In this document: piece after piece, positions 13,955-26,169 of the stretch
Position numbering within the stretch: the stretch's first letter is position 1
Layout: every line of letters starts with the position of its first letter
NCBI GenBank assembly: GCA_964016885.1
Contig: OZ024741.1
Coordinates: forward strand, 33,728,001 to 33,792,000
DNA length: 64,000 nt
Source of the DNA: Eledone cirrhosa
Lineage: Eukaryota
Direction of reading: 5' to 3'
Translations under genes and position numbers: made by a program
Notes under the pieces: model-generated
Told to the model about the DNA's origin: nothing
The model's database searches: none
The model's input: the letters and a program-made list of their open reading frames with translations, nothing else

Positions 13955-15702
13955 ATTATCATTATCGTCGTCGTATTCATTATAATCGTCACCATCATCA
14001 TCATTACCATCCTTCTCTTCATCATCATCATCATCATCACCAACGACGATGTCATTACTATCACTCTATCAACATTAACCCATCACAGACCTCCAATCGT
14101 CAGTAAAGGAACATAATGCTCTATTTTCCAATCAAATTTCTTTTACCGATATTGTTGATCTGAACTTATATTATTGACTTTTCCTTCAACCTTGTAAATT
14201 CGTATTCACGTAAGAGGTCGGCCCTGGGGATAGGGCAGTCTTTTTGGAAAGTCTGTCTTGTCTCTTCCATTCATTCAATGTTGTTGTTACAACTCACATC
14301 AGGACAGCCTGCAAAACCTTATATGACATTGAATCTCAAATGAGATTTCCTGGTGTTTTAGTGGTAAAGGCTACTGTACTATCATATCACCATTTAGTTT
14401 TTTCAGTGTTATGAAGCGAAGATTGAACTCAGAATACACAGAGCCGGAGCATAAACCGCAAGGTACCCTGTACGGTGCTCTAGCAGTTCCACCATTCCTC
14501 TGCTCTGTAGTGGTGCTATATTTTATTGAACACAAGAGGGTGAAAGGCAAAGTTAATCTGATCATGTATTTAACAAGTCTACCAATCTATCGTTCTGGAC
14601 TGGTGCTTGCTTAGCTGAGAAAAGTGAGCATTCTCATACAGAACTTTGCTTATGTCATAGTTAACAAAGTGCACGGTACATAAGTATGGAACTATATTAC
14701 GGGCAAAACTTCATTTTCCTCACAGACTGGGTTGTGTCGAAGCAGCCGAAACACATGTTTTCGCGATATTTAGTTTTATAATAATTGTATTTCCTACAGT
14801 ATTTTTGTGTGTATATTTTAGTAGATTATTTTAGTTTTATTCCTTTATATCGAGTACTTTGTTCTTTGGCACATGACTTAGTAGGTATGGTGTGGCGTCA
14901 CGGTCATAATGTCGAGGTTTCGTTTCCCTTACCATGTGTTTTAAAGCGACGGCTGTCGACAATTGGGCTGTTAAATCCTAGGCTCTCTGTTCAAGACGTC
15001 CAACCGTACAATAGAGTTCAACTGCATAAAGTCGTTTATTTTATACAAACCAGTGTAATTATAGTAAAGACAGAGCATACAAGGCATGCGGCCTCGTGAG
15101 TCATCCCACGTGAGACACAAACGTAGAATAGTTCATTGTCACTTGATAGGGGAGGATAGGGGGTGAACATGTGCACTATCAGACACACACGCCGGTAGCG
15201 TTCAGTCTTCCTCATACTGTGCGATGCGTTTTAACTTTGAGCAAAGCACTTCAGTTGACGTTGCTCCAGTTCACTCAGCTGAAACCCAGAACCAGTGGCA
15301 GAAGTCTACGGGGGGAGTTGTGTACTCTCAGTCGCGTAATGTCAAATGAAACGTTAATAAGCTCCGGCCTTTGTCTCTCTTGTGTAAGGAAAGACTGTTC
15401 CTGTGACAAAAAATGTATATGTTGAGATATATTGAGAAATATCTATGAATATTTATGATTTGTGTGTGTGTGTGTGTGCACACATTTGTACACTACACAG
15501 AGGTACATACATATACATAGATACACACACATACATGATGTCATAATTATAAGCCATAAGTAGATACATTCAGCTAGTTCTGACTTACACAAACGTATGA
15601 GAGAAAGATTTATATCCTGAACTATTAATCATCAACACTGTGTCCCTCGTGCGAATTTGATGGACATCCTTTGTATCAATTACAACTGTACTTCTATGGC
15701 TG

Positions 15703-15761
<59 letters not shown>

Positions 15762-15897
15762 ATGTCAGTTTAAGTGTCAGTATGTCTATGTGCAAGTGAG
15801 TTTAGTGAGTGCGTGCATGCAAAGTTAATGCTCGCGCCCGTCTGGGGGTGAGGGTTGGTCGCAGGAGATCCGTACACACAACGGTTCACACGTAACA

Positions 15898-15948
15898 TCC
15901 CTGATGAGGCTCTGCAAATGTTGAAAACTGATCCTGAAACACTTTGGG
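15898..15948 (+). ncRNA. Degenerate hammerhead-like motif
   Basis: TCC CTGATGA GGCTC...GATCC T GAAA CACT TT GGG; mismatches in stems II and III. Confidence 0.4.
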
Positions 15949-16094
15949 GGAAATTATTACCAAAAACAAATAAATAAGTAAAAGTGCATTTTTATTTTTA
16001 TATTTTTAATTTGTTGTTGTGGTAGTGATGGGGATGGTGGTGGTGGTGGTGGGGGAGGTGGTGGTGGTATCATTATTATTATTATTAAAATTAG

Positions 16095-16285
16095 GGCGGT
16101 GGATTGGCAGTATCGGTAGAGGGTCTGACGCCATGCTTTGCAGCATAGAGTTACGGCCCTTTATGGTCTGAGTTCAAATCCCACCGAGGTTAACTTTGCC
16201 TTTCATCCTTACGGGGTCGATAAAATAAAGTACCAGTAAAACATTGGGATAATTGCTGGCCTTATAACAAAAGTAGAAACAATTA
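16095..16285 (+). mobile_element. tRNA-derived SINE, main family
   Basis: A-box TGGCAGTATCGG, B-box GAGTTCAAATCC, core GAGGTTAACTTTGCCTTTCATCCTTACGGGGTCGATAAA resembling the MetaSINE/Sauria-type core; (ATT)n tail. Confidence 0.9.
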
Positions 16286-16294
16286 TTATTATTA

Positions 16295-16337
<43 letters not shown>

Positions 16338-16711
16338 CATCATCATCATCAAAACTTCCCAAACTCTCTTTTAATGCCAGCTTAAAGAGAAACCCCCAGC
16401 GGGAGTAATAGATAGTCGAGAAGAGATTGGGAAGATAAATAACTGCATATGAAATTTCCTACCTATTGCAACTTACTACTGCTGCTGCTGCTACTACTAG
16501 TACTACTACCCCCACCAATAATAATAACAACAATAGCTGTTGTTGTTGTTGTTGCTGCTGTTGTTGTATTGAATATAGGTACAAGGCTAAAAACGCGGAT
16601 CAGAAGTATATCTTCTGTGGCTGGCAGAGAAGTATTATATTGCTTGTGTTTCATTTCAATATTTAGGTGGCTTAGGTAACTGTAGATTATACTAATGTAT
16701 AAATAATAATA

Positions 16712-17105
16712 ATTGTTTCTACTTTAGGCACAAGGCCAGCAATTATCCAGTGCATTACTGGTACTTTATTTTATCGACCCCGTAAGGATGAAAGGCAAAG
16801 TTAACCTCGGCGGGATTTGAACTCAGAATGGCAAGGGCCGTAACTCTATACGTCAAAGCATGGCGTCCGACCCTCTACTGATACTGCCAATCCATCGCCC
16901 TACTAATAATAATAATGATTTGTACTATAGGCACGAGGCCAGCAATTTGTGGGGAGGGAAAAGTCGATTAACTCGGCCCCAGTGCATTACTGGTGCTTAT
17001 TTTATCGACCCCGTAAGAATGAAAGACAAAGCTAACATCAGCGGGATTTGAACTCAGAACGTAAAGGGCCATTACTCTATGCCGCAAAGCATATTCGACT
17101 CTCTA
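16712..17105 (-). mobile_element. Two tandem copies of the tRNA-derived SINE
   Basis: Reverse complement of the same head and core at about 16712-16900 and 16925-17105. Confidence 0.85.
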
Positions 17106-17354
17106 ACGACAAGAACAACAACAACAGCAACAACATTTTAGCAGCCATAAAGGTCCATATATATATATATATATGTATAGGAAACGCGTCATACAAAGGG
17201 ACTGCAAAACGCCGGGGAGTTATACATACATGCACACACATATATATATATGTGTGTACGTATATATATGGATTTTAGTCTTCACATTTATTATTATTAC
17301 TATGTACGTTTATATATATATATATATATATACATGCATATGCACATATATATT

Positions 17355-17388
<34 letters not shown>

Positions 17389-17393
<5 letters not shown>

Positions 17394-19304
17394 ATAAATG
17401 CTCTGAAATAGCGATATATATGTGAATATAGACATAGAATATTCGAAAATATTCTGTATGTTTATAATAAACATTTTGAAGACCTAATCGCTATAGAATA
17501 GAATACGTCACGTATTACAATTAGATTCTCGATAAAAGCAAGGGAAGTAATCTACGCGTTTCATTCTCGTTAGAAATCATCAGGACTACATATCCAGTGC
17601 TTTTATCGAAAATGACACAGCTAGAGACTTATAGAATACTTAGCTGTGTACAGGAACTGGTTTGAAAGAGCGGTTGCCGGTCCGGCAGAAATTAGAAATT
17701 GGAATAAATGCTCTGAAATAGCGATATATATGTGAATATAGACATAGAATATTCGAAAATATTCTGTATGTTTATAATAAACATTTTGAAGACCTAATCG
17801 CTATAGAATAGAATACGTCACGTATTACAATTAGATTCTCGATAAAAGCAAGGGAAGTAATCTACGCGTTTCATTCTCGTTAGAAATCATCAGGACTACA
17901 TATCCAGTGCTTTTATCGAGAATGACACAGCTAGAGACTTATAGAATACTTAGCTGTGTACAGGAACTGGTTTGAAAGAGCGGTTGCCGGTCCGGCAGAA
18001 ATTAGAAATTGGAATAAATGCTCTGAAATAGCGATATATATGTGAATATAGACATAGAATATTCGAAAATATTCTGTATGTTTATAATAAACATTTTGAA
18101 GACCTAATCGCTATAGAATAGAATACGTCACGTATTACAATTAGATTCTCGATAAAAGCAAGGGAAGTAATCTACGCGTTTCATTCTCGTTAGAAATCAT
18201 CAGGACTACATATCCAGTGCTTTTATCGAGAATGACACAGCTAGAGACTTATAGAATACTTAGCTGTGTACAGGAACTGGTTTGAAAGAGCGGTTGCCGG
18301 TCCGGCAGAAATTAGAAATTGGAATAAATGCTCTGAAATAGCGATATATATGTGAATATAGACATAGAATATTCGAAAATATTCTGTATGTTTATAATAA
18401 ACATTTTGAAGACCTAATCGCTATAGAATAGAATACGTCACGTATTACAATTAGATTCTCGATAAAAGCAAGGGAAGTAATCTACGCGTTTCATTCTCGT
18501 TAGAAATCATCAGGACTACATATCCAGTGCTTTTATCGAGAATGACACAGCTAGAGACTTATAGAATACTTAGCTGTGTACAGGAACTGGTTTGAAAGAG
18601 CGGTTGCCGGTCCGGCAGAAATTAGAAATTGGAATAAATGCTCTGAAATAGCGATATATATGTGAATATAGACATAGAATATTCGAAAATATTCTGTATG
18701 TTTATAATAAACATTTTGAAGACCTAATCGCTATAGAATAGAATACGTCACGTATTACAATTAGATTCTCGATAAAAGCAAGGGAAGTAATCTACGCGTT
18801 TCATTCTCGTTAGAAATCATCAGGACTACATATCCAGTGCTTTTATCGAGAATGACACAGCTAGAGACTTATAGAATACTTAGCTGTGTACAGGAACTGG
18901 TTTGAAAGAGCGGTTGCCGGTCCGGCAGAAATTAGAAATTGGAATAAATGCTCTGAAATAGCGATATATATGTGAATATAGACATAGAATATTCGAAAAT
19001 ATTCTGTATGTTTATAATAAACATTTTGAAGACCTAATCGCTATAGAATAGAATACGTCACGTATTACAATTAGATTCTCGATAAAAGCAAGGGAAGTAA
19101 TCTACGCGTTTCATTCTCGTTAGAAATCATCAGGACTACATATCCAGTGCTTTTATCGAGAATGACACAGCTAGAGACTTATAGAATACTTAGCTGTGTA
19201 CAGGAACTGGTTTGAAAGAGCGGTTGCCGGTCCGGCAGAAATTAGAAATTGGAATAAATGCTCTGAAATAGCGATATATATGTGAATATAGACATAGAAT
19301 ATTC
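17389..19304 (-). mobile_element. 310-bp tandem array (6.2 units), one hammerhead per unit; non-LTR retrozyme-like
   Basis: Unit starts at 17391, 17701, 18011, 18321, 18631, 18941, 19251; only one substitution noticed between units; minus-strand hammerheads at 17547-17589 + n*310. Confidence 0.9.
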
Positions 19305-19595
19305 ATCGCTATTTCAGAGCATTTATTCCAATTTCTAATTTCTGCCGGACCGGCAACCGCTCTTTCAAACCAGTTCCTGTACACAGCTAAGTATTCTATA
19401 AGTCTCTAGCTGTGTCATTCTCGATAAAAGCACTGGATATGTAGTCCTGATGATTTCTAACGAGAATGAAACGCGTAGATTACTTCCCTTGCTTTTATCG
19501 AGAATCTAATTGTAATACGTGACGTATTCTATTCTATAGCGATTAGGTCTTCAAAATGTTTATTATAAACATACAGAATATTTTCGAATATTCTA

Positions 19596-19603
<8 letters not shown>
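19305..19603 (+). mobile_element. Inverted, nearly full copy of the 310-bp unit
   Basis: Sequence switches to the reverse complement of the array at 19305 and runs into (TA)n. Confidence 0.92.
19441..19483 (+). ncRNA. Type I hammerhead of the 310-nt unit
   Basis: GTAGTC CTGATGA T TTCT aacg AGAA T GAAA CGCG TA GATTAC; stem III palindrome ACGCGT; stem I extended by ATTCTCGATAAAAGCA/TGCTTTTATCGAGAAT. Confidence 0.88.
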
Positions 19604-19643
<40 letters not shown>

Positions 19644-19672
19644 TATGCACATATATATATATTTGTATATAT

Positions 19673-20940
19673 ATAGCGGCGATGAATTAGTTTAGCGAGG
19701 TTTTTTATATGAAATCGTGTGTCGAAACAAATATTGTTATACTTGGGGAGGGTCATATTTGTGTAATATTGCCAGAATTAATAACAGAACACACTCACTG
19801 TTTGGTTGGTTTTCGCTTCTCGCTGTCTTTTATATCTGTAATCTAACTTACTCGGTCCTCAATGTTGCCATTTACTGACCGACGGTCAAAAATAATACAG
19901 ATACAATATAGACACAAACACATATATATATAGTTTACATAAATCTTTCGTTGCACATCTGCAACATCGTCAGTGGTGTTATATTCTTTGTTCCTCCTGT
20001 TGTGTTGTATGTCTACGCCATTTTTTATTCAGTCTGTCTATATATTTATTTATTTATTTGCTTGTTTGTTTATTTTATTTTGTCTTCGTTGCGCATGCGT
20101 TTGCGTGTGTGTATAGTGTTATGTTTGCTGTGTGACTAGTGTGTATAGTGTTATGTTTGCTGGGTGACTAGTGTGTGTTTATGTGCTTGTTGTTATTGTG
20201 CTTGTGTATGTATTTATTTATCTTATTTTATTTACTTATTTATACTTCTCTTAGGTCAGTGTTGTTTGTTTGGGTGTTGTTGTTATTCCACTCATTCTTT
20301 CTGTTTAGCTTTGGTCTTCTAATTTCTATTTCACTGGCCTCTCTGATTTGCCTATCTGCTGGGTCATTTCTATGTTTAGATATTATTCTAATTTCTATGT
20401 TCTCTATGTTACCGTCATGTTGTTGTCTAGCATGTTCGTATAGTACTGACCCGTTTTTTCGTCCTTTTAGTTCCCCCCAGTGTTGGTCTATCCTTTCACC
20501 TATGCTACGAGCTGTCTCACCTATGTATGTTGTTGTCATGTTTTTGCAAGTACCCTCTGTACATCTTATGCTATAGACTACGTTTCTATTTTTACAGTTT
20601 ATCCGGGGGTTCACCTTACATATGATACATTTCCTATTGGTACAGTGGGTTTTCTTAAAAGGGTAGGTTTTGCTGATCAGGGATTTTATGGTGGTTCCTG
20701 GCTTTTCTACCACCTTTATTTTTAAGTGGGTCTTTCTCAGGGCCTTTCTACACTGGTTAGCTAATTTCCCTCCAGGGGTGGCGTCCACAAACATGACACT
20801 CTGGTATCTCTGGTTGTCGTACCATGATGTGGCTTTCCCTATCTTATGTCTAGCCCTATCTAAGCTATTCCATGATTTGCTCCTGTATAATGGGCAAATT
20901 CCTTTCATGTCCAGTTCTATGAGGGTCTTATACTTTTCCA
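19673..20940 (-). mobile_element. Penelope-like element, inverted 3' arm (GIY-YIG plus pLTR)
   Basis: Near-exact reverse complement of 21228-22505; ORF 20240-20998 is chimeric across the inversion junction. Confidence 0.92.
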
Positions 20941-20941
20941 C

Positions 20942-21928
20942 CTCACTCTCAATGATCATCTCCACACATCTTTTCACGAGAGAGCCCAAATTCTCCACTC
21001 ACACTATGCTAAACCCATGGCCTCCAAATACCTGATACTCAAAAACTCAGCAATGTCCAGTAGTGCTAAGTTTAATATTCTGATCGCAGATTTGGTACGA
21101 GTGATGAAGAATGTGTCCAGCATGTGCGACCCAACAGAAATGGAAAGACACATCCAACACTTCATCAACCGCATGCAGTTCTCTGGCTACAACCAAAGAG
21201 ACAGAGTCAGAGTATACGAAGGAGCCATGGAAAAGTATAAGACCCTCATAGAACTGGACATGAAAGGAATTTGCCCATTATACAGGAGCAAATCATGGAA
21301 TAGCTTAGATAGGGCTAGACATAAGATAGGGAAAGCCACATCATGGTACGACAACCAGAGATACCAGAGTGTCATGTTTGTGGACGCCACCCCTGGAGGG
21401 AAATTAGCTAACCAGTGTAGAAAGGCCCTGAGAAAGACCCACTTAAAAATAAAGGTGGTAGAAAAGCCAGGAACCACCATAAAATCCCTGATCAGCAAAA
21501 CCTACCCTTTTAAGAAAACCCACTGTACCAATAGGAAATGTATCATATGTAAGGTGAACCCCCGGATAAACTGTAAAAATAGAAACGTAGTCTATAGCAT
21601 AAGATGTACAGAGGGTACTTGCAAAAACATGACAACAACATACATAGGTGAGACAGCTCGTAGCATAGGTGAAAGGATAGACCAACACTGGGGGGAACTA
21701 AAAGGACGAAAAAACGGGTCAGTACTATACGAACATGCTAGACAACAACATGACGGTAACATAGAGAACATAGAAATTAGAATAATATCTAAACATAGAA
21801 ATGACCCAGCAGATAGGCAAATCAGAGAGGCCAGTGAAATAGAAATTAGAAGACCAAAGCTAAACAGAAAGAATGAGTGGAATAACAACAACACCCAAAC
21901 AAACAACACTGACCTAAGAGAAGTATAA
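20942..21928 (+). CDS. PLE ORF C-terminus: RT thumb (HSHYAKPMAS), zinc linker (CTNRKCIIC), GIY-YIG endonuclease (NVVYSIRC...YIGETARS...R...H...REA...LN)
   Basis: Frame is open from the inversion junction through ATG 21017 to the stop at 21928; RT catalytic core is absent. Confidence 0.88.
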   Translation, partial: LTLNDHLHTSFHERAQILHSHYAKPMASKYLILKNSAMSSSAKFNILIADLVRVMKNVSSMCDPTEMERHIQHFINRMQFSGYNQRDRVRVYEGAMEKYKTLIELDMKGICPLYRSKSWNSLDRARHKIGKATSWYDNQRYQSVMFVDATPGGKLANQCRKALRKTHLKIKVVEKPGTTIKSLISKTYPFKKTHCTNRKCIICKVNPRINCKNRNVVYSIRCTEGTCKNMTTTYIGETARSIGERIDQHWGELKGRKNGSVLYEHARQQHDGNIENIEIRIISKHRNDPADRQIREASEIEIRRPKLNRKNEWNNNNTQTNNTDLREV

Positions 21929-22191
21929 ATAAGTAAATAAAATAAGATAAATAAATACATACACAAGCACAATAACAACAAGCACATAAACACACACTAG
22001 TCACCCAGCAAACATAACACTATACACACTAGTCACACAGCAAACATAACACTATACACACACGCAAACGCATGCGCAACGAAGACAAAATAAAATAAAC
22101 AAACAAGCAAATAAATAAATAAATATATAGACAGACTGAATAAAAAATGGCGTAGACATACAACACAACAGGAGGAACAAAGAATATAACA

Positions 22192-22231
22192 CCACTGACG
22201 ATGTTGCAGATGTGCAACGAAAGATTTATGT
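22192..22231 (+). ncRNA. Minimal hammerhead-like motif in the PLE pLTR
   Basis: CTGACGA T GTTGCA gatg TGCAAC GAAA GATT TA; perfect stem II but weak stem I; also at 19937-19976 (-), 36200-36240 and 59563-59603. Confidence 0.6.
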
Positions 22232-22578
22232 AAATTATGTAAACTATATATATATATGTTTGTGTCTATATTGTATCTGTATTATTTTTGACCGTCGGTC
22301 AGTCAATGGCAACATTGGGGACCGAGTAAGTTAGATTACAGATATAAAAGACAGCGAGAAGCGAAAACCAACCAAACAGTGAGTGTGTTCTGTTATTAAT
22401 TCTGGCAATATTACACAAATATGACCCTCCCCAAGTATAACAATATTTGTTTCGACACACGATTTCATATAAAAAAACCTCGCTAAACTAATTCATCGCC
22501 GCTATATATATACAAATATATATATATGTGCATATGTATATATATATATATATATATATACAAATATATATGTGCATA

Positions 22579-22682
<104 letters not shown>

Positions 22683-23494
22683 TGAAAAAGTGGAGAATAA
22701 CATGGTCAACAGTACAAAAAAGGGGATTTATTTGCAGTCTAAACACATAAAATTGACGGGGAATAGGAACTAAAATTTAATACAATATATGAAGACATCT
22801 GAAGAGTTTAATACACAAAAACACGCACACACAAAGGAAACACACACACATACACAGGGTTTAGAAACTGCCGCCTTCTAAAGCGATCGCCTTCTCCAAA
22901 CTAAGTCCACCTAACTTGCTCGTGAGCATGTCCTGTTTTGTTAGAATATTGTTGTAACTTATAAAAACTAACGTCTCCAAGTATTCACATCACGTCCTCA
23001 ATCTATACAGTATTTTGTTCTCTTTTAGATTTCCCAGTAATTCGTATAGGTTCAGATTGTTCCTTTGGATTATCGTGAAATTCAGGCATAGCAGAGTGGT
23101 AGAGGCCAATTGTTGAATAACTTCCAGCCTTCTGCGTGTCTTTCATCATGGCACATTTATTTTTGCTCCTTTCTTTATCTTTTTCTGGGGTGTTTGGGGT
23201 GTTTTTGTTTTACAAGCCTTGGACGGTTTCCTGCCATTCGTCAGTCTCCTCCTCATAATCATCGTTTGACGATGGGGTGGAGGTGAGATATAAACCTGCT
23301 CAGAACCTCAGACAGATACTGTGCTTGATGAATAAATTTCATTGTCTTCTCCATGTCTTACCACAGCAAACCTTGTTGCTGGTGGCACAGTGAATGAGGT
23401 TATTTCCCTTGTATTTGCTTCTGTTCTTGCTATTCTATAAGATGCATCAGGTAAGGCTCTGAAAGCAGCCCTAGCAGCAGTCAATTTAGTCCCC

Positions 23495-23697
23495 CACCTC
23501 TGGGGGGCCTGGTGTTGTTAATGCCCCTAATGATGTCTCAACCTCTGGGGGCCTGCTGTTGTTGTTATTACTGCCCCTAATGCTGTCTTACACCTCTGGG
23601 AGCCTGCTGTTGTTGTTATTACTGCCCCTAATGCTGTCTTACACTTCTGGGGGCCTGGTGTTGTTGTAGATACTGCCCCTAATGCTGTCTTCACCTC
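23495..23697. repeat. About 51-bp minisatellite, about 4 copies
   Basis: CACCTCTGGGGGCCTGCTGTTGTTGTTATTACTGCCCCTAATGCTGTCTTA repeated with variation. Confidence 0.85.
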
Positions 23698-24480
23698 CTT
23701 TTGTATTTCATTTCTTTTCTTTTTCTGCTTGTCAGAAATCTCTGAAGTGGCATTCACTACCTCACGTATTGCACTTGAGCCTAATGCACGGCACCACTGG
23801 TCTGATTAACCCTTTCTCTGTCAATTCAAACACTCAAAAACTAAATAGCTATGTGCTATCCTTGCAATTCGTGCTGTTTATACAGCTTTTCTGCATTTAA
23901 ATTAATGCTTTCAACAATATTCTCTTTTATGTTTAATTTTCCCGATGTCTTTTTTTTCTATTGCTATGTTAAACGTTACACGCAGTGTAAATTATAATTA
24001 GTTTATACATGTTTTTAAAATGTTAACAGTAATATTACAAAGTCGTTAATTACTTTTGACATCAATACTTGAGCACGTACGTTAATCCATATTGAAAACA
24101 CACACACACACACACACGTGTGTGCATATATACACTAATAAAAGGCACACGCATGCATTCTTACACACATACAAACACTTACATGATCTCGCATTAACAC
24201 ATGGATGCTGAAAAACAACTAATAAAAATGGCATAATTCAAAAATTGTGTGTGTATGTGTTGGCGTGTGTGTGTGTGTGTTGGCGTGTGTGTGTATTTGT
24301 TTTATGCCGTCTTATAATTGTTTTAAACGTTTCACAAAAGCTCTGTTGCTCTTTTGCACCTTTTACAATTTTCTAAAGATTTCTCAACCAACTAATCTCA
24401 TTAATGTTATAAATCTTTCTACATCTTCAATAATCGACAATGAAATGATCAATATTATTATCAGTATTATTATTATTTGG

Positions 24481-24845
24481 ACGGTGGATTGGCAGTATCG
24501 GTAGAGGGTCGGACGCCATGCTTTCTAGCATAGTTACACCCCTTTACGGTCTGAGTTCAAATCTCACCGAGGTTAACTTTGCCTTTCATCCTTACGGGGT
24601 CGATAAAATAAAGTACCAGTCACGCACAGGGGTCGATTTAATTGGCTTTCCCCTCCCCCAAAATTGCTGCCCTTCTGCCTATATAAGAAACCATTAGTGT
24701 GGTAGATTGGCAGTATCGGTAGAGCGTCGGACACACTGTTTCGCAGCATGGAGTTATAGCCCTTTGCGTTCTGAGTTCAAATCCCGCCGCGGTTAACTTT
24801 GCCTCTCATCCTTAATTGCTGGTCTTGTGCCTAAATCTGAAGCCC
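24481..24845 (+). mobile_element. Two tandem tRNA-derived SINE copies
   Basis: Head plus core at 24481 and about 24700. Confidence 0.85.
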
Positions 24846-25084
24846 TTATTATTATTATTTGTTTTTGTTTTGATAGGACAGGTTTCAGATTGCCCCGTAA
24901 GTTTGTTGTTTCTTTACCTATTTAGAAATCTTTTTTCTTTTTTTTTTTTTGCTGAAATTTTCATGTGACTAAATCAACCGGAATCATAAAGAATCGGTTG
25001 GTTTCCCCATTGTTTTCAGCCCTTTAAAGGCAACATTTGTGATATAAACACAACACCACCCTCTCCGTTTCCTACCCCCTTACC

Positions 25085-25415
25085 CGAAAAATGGATGCGA
25101 ATAAAAACCCTGTCCATCCGTCGTTAGAGAGTGGCGAACATGGTCCGAGTGAGAACGTACCTGTAGATTGGGGGAGGACAACTGAGAGAAGGCTTTGTTT
25201 TAGTGGTCAAGGTGACCGTATCTTTTTGTGGGTTTTTCTAAGAGCTGCTCGCGGATATTTCCTCTTTATTGGAAATTTACATTGTTCTGGATTTTATTGT
25301 TAAAGCTTTTGTTATTTTTCATCTGTATACGTTTCCATACGTCCACACTGTATCACCCTGTGCCGTCATTAGTGTGTTTTTCCTTTTGTAAACCCTTTAT
25401 GGTTAATAAAGAAAT
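25085..25415 (+). mobile_element. 3' fragment of a Tx1/L1-like LINE
   Basis: RVANMVRV resembles KVARMARV at the end of the 11303 ORF; T-rich 3'UTR, AATAAA and (ATT)n tail. Confidence 0.45.
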
Positions 25416-25559
25416 CATTATTATTGATGTTGTTGGTGTTGTTGTTGCTGTTGTTTTTGCTGTTGCTGTTGCTGTTCAAAAAGCCATTATAATTTAATAA
25501 ATTAGAAATTCTTGTCCTTTACATTGTTACAGCTGTTGTCATTGGTTTTCTTCTTCGTC

Positions 25560-25638
25560 TTCTTTTACTTCTCCCTTTTCTTCTTATTCTTCTTCTTCCA
25601 TTTCTTCCTCTTCTTCTTCCACTTCTTCTTCTTCTTCC

Positions 25639-25669
<31 letters not shown>

Positions 25670-25772
25670 CTTCTTCTTCTTCTTCTTCTTCTTCTGCCAC
25701 TTCTTCCTTTTTTTCTTCTTCTTCTTCTTCTTCTTCTTCTTCTTCTTCTTCTTCTTCTTCTTCTTCTTCTTC
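25560..25772. repeat. (TTC)n microsatellite
   Basis: Direct reading. Confidence 0.95.
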
Positions 25773-25887
25773 TATCAAGACTTAGTTGTCTTCTGGCAGT
25801 GTTGTTCCTTGATTCAAAATTTTATTCAGGTATTCTTACTATTACCATTGCTGTTATTGTAATTACTGCTGCAGCTGAGGTGCTAAT

Positions 25888-25973
25888 AATTGTTTCTACG
25901 TTTGGCACAAGGCCAGCAATTACCCAAAGCATGGCGTCCGACCCTTTACCGATAGTGCCAATCCACCGCTCTC

Positions 25974-26014
<41 letters not shown>

Positions 26015-26120
26015 TGTTTCTACTTTTGGCACACGGTCAGCAATTACCCCAGTGCATTGCTGGTACTTTATTTTATCGACCCCATAAGGATGAAAGGTAA
26101 AGTTAACCTCGGCGGGATTA
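25888..26120 (-). mobile_element. SINE fragments (head and core)
   Basis: Reverse complement of the main SINE family. Confidence 0.75.
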
Positions 26121-26169
26121 ATATTTCTTTATTAGCCACACAGGGCTCCCATTAAGGAAACATTCATGA

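Larger units (their letters stand above)
20941..22505 (+). mobile_element. Penelope-like element, 5'-truncated forward arm
   Basis: RT thumb remnant, Cys-rich linker, GIY-YIG, 3'UTR/pLTR with hammerhead-like motif, ending at (TA)n. Confidence 0.92.

Noticed and set aside
16095-16190. tRNA genes suggested by A and B boxes
   Set aside because: SINE heads followed by core and tail; no cloverleaf
20240-20998. Independent 252-aa minus-strand gene
   Set aside because: Its N-terminus is antisense sequence read across the inversion junction; the rest duplicates the PLE ORF
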